The notes under the pieces were generated by a model. That model searched no databases, was not told where the DNA came from, and saw only the letters and a program-made list of their open reading frames with translations. The position numbers were made by a program, and so were the translations under genes. This document shows, piece by piece, positions 1 through 7,772 of a stretch of 10,866 nt of DNA (position 1 is its first letter; each line of letters starts with the position of its first letter). Origin of the DNA: Octopus sinensis (Eukaryota); contig NW_021827283.1 in NCBI RefSeq assembly GCF_006345805.1, positions 1 to 10,866 on the forward strand, read 5' to 3'.

Positions 1-39
1 ATATATTATAATATATATCATATAATAATAAAAATATCA

Positions 40-146
40 AGGGTTTTTACATTGCGTAATGTGCCCTTTATTCAAGACAGAATTGAGTGATTTTGAGAAG
101 GTCAAGCTGCTGCTATTTCTAGTAGGTTGAGCAACCAAGTAGAGAC
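40..146 (-). mobile_element. Degenerate SINE/LINE-tail-like dispersed repeat fragment (same family as 2202-2412 and 10412-10510)
   Basis: 109-145 (gctgctatttctagtaggttgagcaaccaagtagaga) matches 2143-2179 at 29/37 positions, with an identical 14-mer gctgctatttctag. It is the reverse complement of the ctagaaata(g/a)cagc motif of the + strand copies. The left boundary is approximate. Confidence 0.55.
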
Positions 147-247
147 ACCAGTGGTAGTGGTGTAATCGCTATGTGATTGAAATAGCGTCGTTTTGGTGGT
201 GGTGATGGTTGCATTACGAATCAAGGACTAAGGATTATTACACATAG

Positions 248-342
248 ACACATACGTATAATATATATATATATATATATCACATATATATGCATACGCG
301 TATATGTGTATATATGTATATATGTATATATATGTACATATG

Positions 343-382
<40 letters not shown>

Positions 383-485
383 CATACATTATATATATTT
401 ATATACATATGTATAAATATATATAAGCGCATATTTATATATTTATAAATACATATACATATATATATATATATATATACATACA

Positions 486-517
<32 letters not shown>

Positions 518-596
518 CATTCATGCATGCATACATACATACATTCATACATATATGTATATATATATATACACACACATATATATGGCAGTATGT

Positions 597-650
<54 letters not shown>

Positions 651-700
651 TGTGTGTGTGTCTATGAGAGAGAGTGGGTGAGAGACAGACAGACAGAGAG
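248..700. repeat. Compound microsatellite (TA)n/(TACA)n/(TG)n/(GA/GACA)n
   Basis: Directly visible. It explains ORFs 280..780 and 435..734 (YI/HT/CM dipeptide repeats). Confidence 0.95.
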
Positions 701-732
701 AAGGGTAGAAAAGTAAGTGATCCTGGCATTTC

Positions 733-782
733 ATTGGTCCATATGTGAATAAGGCGGAAGTTGTGTATATTGTCCGCCATTT
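733..782. promoter_or_regulatory. Possible cluster of promoter-type motifs (reverse CCAAT, ETS-like, YY1-like) in a short unique island
   Basis: attgg at 733-737, gcggaagt at 754-761 and ccgccattt at 774-782 lie between two simple-repeat blocks. Short motifs like these can occur by chance. Confidence 0.15.
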
Positions 783-949
783 GTCATAGGAGCGTAGTCC
801 CGCACTGAATGTGTGTGTGTGTAAGGAGGGGGGTGGGGGAGAGAGGAAATGATGACTAGTGCTGCCACCTTACACTAAACTCACGCAACAACAGCAACAA
901 AATCAACAACTAAACGTAGCAGTAGCGCAGCCAGCAGCGGCAGCAGTAG

Positions 950-2105
950 CATCACCACCACCACCACCACCATCACCACCGCCACCACTACCATCACCAC
1001 CACCACCACTACCACCACCACCACCAACACACTTACAGGCAAGAACAACACCAACATCTCCACGACCATCACTACAAATATTTCCACTACCACCACCTCT
1101 ACCATCGCCACTACCACTACCACCACCACCACCACCTCTACAACAGCCACCTCCACTTTCACTAGCACCACCATCACCTCCTCCACCACCACCACCACTA
1201 CCAGCATCACCACCATCAACACCAACAACCACTACCACCAACGCCTCTACCACCAACACCACTACCACCACCATCACTACCACCCATCTATCAACACTAC
1301 CCCACTACCAACACCACCACACTTACAGGCAAGAACAACACCACCATCTCCACGACCATCACTACCAACATTTCCACTACCAACACCACCGCCACCGCCC
1401 CTACCATCGTCACACCCGCCACCACCACCACCTCTACAACTACCACTAGCACCACCATCACCTCCACCACCGCCACCACTACCAGTATCACCACCATCCA
1501 TACCAACAACCACTACCACCACATCTACCATTACCAACACCACTACCACCAACACCACTACCACAAACACACTACCACCACCATCACTACCACCCATCTA
1601 TCAACACTACACCACTACCATCACCACCACCACACATCACTACCACCACCACCACCACCACCACCACACTTACAGGCAAGAACAACACCAACATCTCCAC
1701 GGCCATCACTACCAATATTTCCACTACCAACACCACCGCGACCGTACCTACCATCGCCACTACTACCACCACCACCAACACCACCACCTCTACAACTACC
1801 ACCCCACTGTCACTAGCACCACCATCACCTCCACCACCACCAGCATCACCACCATCAACACCAACAACCACTACCACCACATCTACCAACACCACCCTCA
1901 CCAACACCACCCTCACCAACACCACTACCACCAACACCACTACCACCCTACCACCACCATCACTACCACCCATATATCAACACTACACCACTACCATCAC
2001 CACCACCACATATCACTACCACCACCACCACCACTACCACCACCACTACCACCACCATCACCACCACTAAAACCAACATCACCACCTGCACCACTACAAC
2101 CACCA
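950..2105. repeat. (ACC/ACT/ATC)-rich low-complexity region built from three tandem ~290-380 bp units
   Basis: The anchor acttacaggcaagaacaacacc recurs at 1031, 1321 and 1668. The anchor cccat(c/a)tatcaacactac recurs at 1283, 1593 and 1969. Unit length varies with the internal (ACC)n runs. Confidence 0.9.
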
Positions 2106-2132
2106 TCGCAGTTCCCCCAACTCACTCCATTG

Positions 2133-2245
2133 AAGTGAATTAGCTGCTATTTCTAGAAGATCGATGGACCACATAGAGAGGTTACTTCGTCAAGGTAACG
2201 GCTATGTAGACCATCGATCTTCTAGAAATAACAGCTAATTCACTT
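2133..2245. repeat. Long fold-back inverted repeat (44-bp arms, 25-nt spacer)
   Basis: 2133-2176 matches the reverse complement of 2202-2245 at 41/44 positions without gaps. The spacer contains an additional gttac/gtaac stem. Confidence 0.95.
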
Positions 2246-2412
2246 TTAGTTTTTCCCTATACCATCTAGAAACAAAAAGTATATGGAAGGACAGATAGGA
2301 TGATGTTGTCTTGGATTCCTAAAACCGACTGGATGGTCACAACTGGACTAGCTTTGATCACAGGTTTTTTTCAACTAGGATTGACCTGGGGTTAAACAAC
2401 AGCAACAACAAA
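2202..2412 (+). mobile_element. 5'-truncated SINE/LINE 3'-end fragment with (CAA)n tail
   Basis: Ends in gacctggggttaaacaacagcaacaac. It shares ctagaaata.ca, ggat.at and ggatggtc blocks in the same order with 10412-10510. It resembles a common octopus retroposon tail (recalled, not searched). Confidence 0.6.
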
Positions 2413-2419
2413 CATTAAC

Positions 2420-2490
2420 ATGGTAACTGTGGTGGCGATGGCGGTGGTAGAAGGATGATGGTGGCGATGGTAGTTGTGAGACATTGGTGC

Positions 2491-2535
<45 letters not shown>

Positions 2536-2580
2536 CGTAGTAGTAGTAGTATAGTAGTAGTAGTAGTAGTAGCGGTAGTG

Positions 2581-2616
<36 letters not shown>

Positions 2617-2745
2617 AGTGCTGTTGTGGTAGTTGTGTTGTAGTTTGGTTGAGGTGGTGATGTTGGTGTTGCTGTGGAGATAGCAACGGTGGTTGCTGAT
2701 GGTGGTGGTGGTGGTTGTGGTGGCGGTGGTGGTAGTGGTAGTGTT
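2420..2745. repeat. (GGT)n/(TAG)n trinucleotide region, near-perfect (TAG)n at about 2491-2614
   Basis: Directly visible. Its strand polarity is opposite to the flanking ACC-rich tracts. Confidence 0.95.
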
Positions 2746-2946
2746 TTAGGAGGCTTGTACCATATCACACCTCCATCTACCAATGCCATAATCCCCATCA
2801 ACCTCACACTAACACCCCAACTGTAACCCTACCACCATCAACTACCACAACTAATACTATAACTGCCACAATTGCACTTATCATCATCATCATCACCATT
2901 AATTCACCACTATCACCACCAACACCAACATCACCTCCATTAACGC

Positions 2947-3440
2947 CAACCCTGATCCTAAACCTCTATATGTAACATAAATCTAACCCTAACCTAAATA
3001 CACTCCAAATCTTTCCTTAGTCCTAACCCTGTCAACGCCATGCTAATACCCTTCTAGATCCCAATTACTAATAAGAAACCTTAATCCTAACCATAACTCT
3101 CAGACACCTAAACCAAGCCCTAATATAAATCTAACACTAACTCTAACGATAGCCCTAAACTTTTTCTCTACTCCTGGCCCTTGATTCTTGTCCAAACATT
3201 ACCCTAAACCTAAATGTCGAACTCTTATTTTTGATCTAACCCTAATCCTAACTATAACTCTTTTCTGGGCCCTAACCTTATCCTAAGCATCAAACCTAGC
3301 CGAAAAATACACCCTCAATTCTTGATCTAATCATAAGCCTAACTGTAAGTTTATTTCTGACCCTAGGCCTAATTTTAACATCAGCCCTAGCTCAAATTAC
3401 ATCGCTAGCTCTTGGTCTGATCCTAACTATATCGCTATTC
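2947..3440 (+). repeat. Degenerate (TAACCC)n/(CCCTAA)n telomere-like hexamer tract with ~90-bp higher-order periodicity in its 3' half
   Basis: Many ctaacc/ccctaa/cctaa/ctaat units, e.g. tctaaccctaacctaa and ctaaccctaatcctaact. The motif ttg(a/g)tct(a/g)a recurs at 3231, 3322 and 3412, and catca..cctagc..aaa.taca recurs at 3288 and 3379. Confidence 0.7.
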
Positions 3441-3452
3441 TTTGCCATAGCT

Positions 3453-4155
3453 TTCTTACTGAACGCCCAAAATTTTGTTAAAGCAATCGCTGATATAAGT
3501 GAGTCAGACATTAATGCGATTATGTATACAAAAATCAAACTGGTTTTTTTATGGCAATACATGGATTAAGAAAAGAAGGACGAATTGTTTGATATGGCAA
3601 TGGAAGCCTATAGTGGTGTTCAGAAGAGTAGAATAATGGGTTACAATTTCTAGATTTATTGGAAAAGAGACTTCCCAAAATGGTTTGCGGTTTGTATCGT
3701 AATGATGGCCTGATTCTCTTGTGAAATTGTAACGATCGTAAGTTATATAGATTTTGGAAAAATATGATTAAAGTATTTTAGGAAATAGACTTAGTATTAC
3801 TGTTATCTTATCGCCATTAATTTTCTAGATAAAACCTTCAGACTGGACAATCATAATTGTCACCCATATCCAAAACTGAATGTGTAACTAGAGTACATAT
3901 ATAGACAATCTAATCACCCGCCTAGTATCTTGAGGATCATGATTGACAACATTAGCAAAAGGACATCCACAATGTTTTCCGAGAAAATGCTTTTTATAGG
4001 AACCGCATGGTTTTACAATGAAGTACTTAGAAATAGCGGGTTCTCTTAGAAGGTTTCGGACATTAAAAAAATGAGAATGCACAGCGTAAGAATAAGAATA
4101 AGAAAATATTTTTATGGTACAACCCAATATTTAACCTGACTGAGAACTAGTATAG
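3453..4155 (+). pseudogene. Penelope-like retroelement reverse transcriptase remnant (5'-truncated, frameshifted, with stops)
   Basis: Manual translation across frameshifts gives FLLNAQNFVKAIADISESDINAIMY (3453-), NTWIKK, LFDMAMEAYSG (FD..SG at 3588-3617, cf. FDVTMGSYDG), CGLYRNDGL (YRND at 3695-3706, cf. catalytic YRDD), INFLDKTF, HPY, YIYRQSNHPPSIL (SNHPP at 3909-3923), YNEVLRNSGF and IFLWYNPIF (WYNP at 4115-4126). The order and spacing match invertebrate PLE RT core and thumb domains. Confidence 0.9.
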
Positions 4156-4204
4156 CTGTGACTGAAGTATAGTAAGATATAAAATAATAATTGTATTAAG
4201 ATTA

Positions 4205-5019
4205 TGTCTTGGGAGGGTCATTACGCAAATAACAACACACGTGCTGGTTCAATATCGCTTCTTTATTGTTAGTCAGTTGGTTAGATACCTACCCAACTAA
4301 CTAATCGATTATTTGTTTCAGGCACTGGTCAAACAATCAATCAATTATTTTTATGTCAGTCTTTGAAGTGAGAGGGCATGTTACTGGTGAGGTCGCAAAT
4401 AGCGACAGAATGACTTTGACGAACAAACAACCGTCTGATTGTTTAACCAGAACATTAAACAAACTATTTTTGTCCTTGGATTGCAACCGTTATTTTCTAT
4501 CTGGAAAGTATGAAAAATGGCTAAATATTTCTTTCAAACTTTGCTTTTGTTACATTTATTCAAACCCCAAAGAATCCCTCTCAACCCATGGCTATGATGC
4601 ACCCCCACTGCTTCTGCTCATGTCAGAAATGCACATATTGTTAGCCACTAAGGGACAAGCTCAAGTAGTTAAGGTCAAGCAACTGACAATCAAATCTGTG
4701 GTGTGGAGCAGAATATTTGCTAAAACGATGAAGCTTCTTCAGCGGCTCAGCGCTGAATCTGTCTGAAATGTAAAAGAAAATAGGTCAGTTTCAAAACGTT
4801 GATGTCCAGCTCACGAAAGCAAAGTTTGAAGGAAATAGCAGTCATTTCCTTTGATCTCTAGCTAGAACCAAATAAGAAATAACACTGATCAAAGACAAAA
4901 AAGAAACAATTTGTCACACAGCGATAGTTTATTGGATATTTAACCAATTGATTTACAATAAAGAAGTGATATTAATTCAGTGCATGTATTATTATTGGCG
5001 TAGTGACCCTCCCAAGACA
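4205..5019. mobile_element. Non-autonomous element bounded by long inverted repeats, inserted inside the PLE ORF
   Basis: 4205-4284 matches the reverse complement of 4940-5019 at 65/80 positions without gaps (first 16 perfect, mismatches mostly transitions). Weaker similarity extends to about 4335/4885. Termini are TGT...ACA, and the flanks taagatta / gaagattt match at 6/8. Confidence 0.8.
4430..4722. mobile_element. Probable second dispersed repeat nested within the inverted-repeat element
   Basis: The segment aaaaatggctaaatatttc...ccccaaagaatccctctcaac...cagaatatttgct resembles a high-copy octopus repeat as I recall it. It has no second copy in this window, and its boundaries are approximate. 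Confidence 0.35.
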
Positions 5020-5069
5020 GAAGATTTGGTTTAACACACGGATTCACATCAAAAATCTTTCAAATCAAA

Positions 5070-5588
5070 TACAAAAACGAAGTATGTTAAGGTTATTAGT
5101 TATTCAGTTAGTAAGAATTTCGGTTGGTGTATCAGAGTTTGGTGTATCAGAGGCTGAAAACAACGGACAAACGACCGGTCTATATCAATCGTGCAACTTT
5201 AAAATTCATTACAATGCCTCCTAAATGGTAACTGCTTAGCAAAGTTGATAACATACAGAGCTCAAGTAACATAACATACAGAGCTCAACATAGATGAGCC
5301 TAAAATATATATTGGAACAACTGAATTGTCACATAAAATTGATTTGTTTAAACACACGCATTCATTTATCAGATTTGCTGCAAAATGGCGCAACGAATTT
5401 GTCGAAATTTATATCGTTCTGACGTGAAGCAAGTCTTCGCGAATTCAAAATTAGCTGGACGATTTTAGACATGGCACAATCATAAAGGAATTATGAATTT
5501 TGTTTCCAAGCATAACGATTTGATCAAAGGAATTGAACTGATGGTATATTATAAGCATATAGCAGTGTATACAGACCAGTGTCTTTAA
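5070..5588 (+). pseudogene. Penelope-like element linker + Cys-rich motif + GIY-YIG endonuclease remnant (continuation of 3453-4155)
   Basis: Translation gives YVKVISYS (5083-5106, cf. TVKVSYSC), then CNF (5192-5200, decayed CxC), a frameshift, and CLLNGNCL (5215-5238, cf. CPLxGxCL). Next come ITY (5248-5256) ... KIYIGTTE (YIG at 5308-5316), KHTHSF, ATNLSKFI (5390-5413), ISWTIL (5450-5467) and LIKGIELMVYYKH, ending at TAA 5586-5588. Confidence 0.85.
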
Positions 5589-5844
5589 TGTTCAACCTGA
5601 TTTGCGGTGATAAAAAAAATTTGGTATCAAAGTTTCTTTTTAAAAAGTATAATTTTTTAAATACTGCTTAAACAACAACGCGATTTCATGACAGGACAAT
5701 TCTTATACTAACCTTCCTTGTATCAGATTTAAAAGCAGATCAGTTAAATATGAATAGATTTGGAGTGTTCCCACGACAGCAAAAAATGAAACGAGAAGCT
5801 GGACTGAAATCAATTCATTTTTTACGCACGATTTTATATATATA

Positions 5845-6280
5845 TCTATACATATAAAACTGAAGTTGTTTGTGTGTGTGTGTGTATGGCAGGTTTGGTA
5901 GCCTTCAACTAAACACTATCTCCTCCGAGACCCTGCAGCCCAAGTTGATCAAATTGAGAGTATTATAGAAGAAGGTTGCTCTTCCTTCCGTAGAAGAAAA
6001 AAATCAAATCGAACCATGTTAACACCAAAAATTATTTACATCAAAAAGGTGCTTTTTTTTCTATGAAAATCCTTATTTTTTAAAGATTTTTGACTGCTGT
6101 GTCGCCATTTTCGGTGTATTTCAACCAGAAAAATGTTCACTTAAAGAGAATAACAAGCTACATAATGCAAAATTTTTACTTTTCAAAAATATTGAAACTA
6201 TGTCAAAACTTCGTTAACGCGACATCAAAGTCTGCCGTTTTAAGCGCAACAAACCCGAGCAACGCCGGGCTATACTGCTA

Positions 6281-6281
<1 letters not shown>
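5845..6281 (+). mobile_element. Non-autonomous Helitron (437 bp)
   Basis: The 5' end A|TCTATACATATAAAACTGAAG is followed by an internal (GT)n. A GC-rich subterminal hairpin cccg-a-gc-aac-gc-cggg (6254-6269) lies 8 nt before the terminal CTAG (6278-6281)|T. The element sits between host A and T with no TSD. Confidence 0.9.

Positions 6282-6282
<1 letters not shown>

Positions 6283-6347
<65 letters not shown>
6283..6347. repeat. (TA)n microsatellite
   Basis: Directly visible. Confidence 0.95.
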
Positions 6348-6349
<2 letters not shown>

Positions 6350-6353
<4 letters not shown>

Positions 6354-6669
6354 CAAAATAAGCAACAAGGATATTCAAGCTAGTGTAGTACAATCGTTTC
6401 ATGCTACTTCATTTAATTAAACAATGTAAGTATTACATCAGTTTTAAAATGTAGAGCACTTTTCAGCCACATATAGAATATTTTTTAATTAAATAGACAA
6501 TGTTCATTTTTATACTTATTCCATTTGGTACTTACACTACCTTGGATATCCTTGTTGCTTATTATGATTATAATCACCCCATCTGATTTATATGGATAAT
6601 ACCATTCCAAATTCTGGTGCCTTTAACTTAAGTACCATATTCATCTGAATCTAAATTTTGCTGAACTTA
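6350..6669. mobile_element. Asymmetric inverted-repeat element flanked by (TA)n (possible PLE inverted pseudo-LTR derivative)
   Basis: 6357-6391 matches the reverse complement of 6528-6563 at 33/36 columns (2 mismatches, 1 gap). The right arm continues about 105 nt of unique sequence before (TA)n resumes. Confidence 0.65.
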
Positions 6670-6681
6670 TATATATATATA

Positions 6682-6872
6682 TCTTTTATCTTTTAGGTTT
6701 TACTTGTTGCAGTCATTTGATTGCGGCCGTGCTGGGACACCGCCTTGGAGAAGTTTTAGTCCGATGAATCGACCCCATGGTACTTAATTTATCGATCTTT
6801 TTGTCGAACTGCTAGATAACGGGGACGTTAACACTCCAGCACCGGTTGTCAAACGATGGTGGGAGACAAACA
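6682..6872 (-). mobile_element. SINE 3' body and tail fragment
   Basis: The minus strand ends in ...caagtaaaacctaaaagataaaagat (short A-rich repeated tail). It contains atcgacccc and aatttatcga motifs shared with the SINE at 10287-10302, and runs into a (CA)n tract at 6870-6985. Confidence 0.65.
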
Positions 6873-6983
6873 CATATACAAAAACATACACACACACATA
6901 GACATATACATGCAAACACACACACACACATAGACATACACATGCACACGCGTGCACGCACGTATAAGCACACACACACACAC

Positions 6984-7131
6984 ATATACTTTATTATTAA
7001 AGCTGCAAGAACATAACAAAAATGTGTTTTGTGACACCTTTTGCAGCTTTAATAATAAAGCACATTACTCTACATCCGGTATTCGAGTACTATTTTCTCC
7101 CACCTTGTTTCGCATTTATGAGCTTACTCTG

Positions 7132-7138
<7 letters not shown>
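6984..7138. mobile_element. Short hairpin-headed element with unique 3' extension, between (CA)n and (TA)n
   Basis: Perfect 20-bp inverted repeat ctttattattaaagctgcaa (6989-7008) / ttgcagctttaataataaag (7041-7060), with an inner acaaaa/ttttgt stem, followed by about 78 nt of unique tail. Confidence 0.65.
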
Positions 7139-7174
<36 letters not shown>

Positions 7175-7476
7175 TTTATACTCAAGAAAGGTCTATGTAT
7201 TGAGTTCTACAGTATAACGTTACTCAGTGAATCAATACACACACACACATGCGTGTACATGTAGGTACGTAGGTTGGTACGTAGGTACGTGTGTATACAT
7301 ATATAAGTATGTATGTGTATATGCAATTTGCATGTGTGTTTGAATGCGTGTATATTCATATATATATATATATGTATGGTGTGTGAGAGAGAGAGAGAAA
7401 GATAGTGAGAGATAGTTTATGCATGTATATATATGTGTGTGTGTGTGTGTACTTATACATGTATATGTGTCAGAGG

Positions 7477-7556
<80 letters not shown>

Positions 7557-7772
7557 GAACAGATATCCACACGCACATACATAAAGGCATTCATTCATGC
7601 ATACGTACATACACACACTCATAAACACACTCACAAACATACATATAGAGATACACACATAAACACACACGTACACACACATATACACACGCACATGCAC
7701 AAACACACACACACACACGCACGCACACACACACACACATGCACACACACATGCACACACACATGCACACAC
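7139..7772. repeat. Compound (TA)n/(TG)n/(GA)n/(CA)n microsatellite field
   Basis: Directly visible, with a short unique stretch at about 7171-7235. It explains ORFs at 7022-7842. Confidence 0.95.

Noticed and set aside
859-1449. 196-aa Pro/Thr/His-rich ORF (extensin-, formin- or mucin-like appearance)
   Set aside because: It has a GTG start and its composition switches with frame slips in an (ACC)n-derived repeat. Overlapping antisense ORFs are equally open, as expected for stop-poor repeats.
3722-3724. In-frame TGA in the PLE RT as possible selenocysteine (reported for some Naiad PLEs)
   Set aside because: It does not fall at an evident conserved Cys position. The linker cysteines here are TGC, and the copy has many other stops and frameshifts, so ordinary decay is the simpler explanation.
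3888-4127. 79-aa minus-strand ORF
   Set aside because: It is the antisense shadow of the PLE RT remnant.
4353-4766. 137-aa ORF inside the inverted-repeat element (possible transposase)
   Set aside because: No recognisable DDE, HTH or zinc-finger motifs, and it overlaps what appears to be a non-coding dispersed repeat.
5003-5224. 73-aa ORF
   Set aside because: It starts in the inverted repeat and is mostly out of frame with the PLE linker. Only its final SCNF segment coincides with the PLE frame.
5124-5288. Short direct repeats as a CRISPR-like array
   Set aside because: These are two unrelated two-copy duplications with 1-5 nt spacers in a eukaryotic context.
5590-5835. Expected PLE 3' pseudo-LTR with hammerhead ribozyme
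   Set aside because: Only a gaaac near 5788 is present. No CTGANGA core or paired stems are recognisable.
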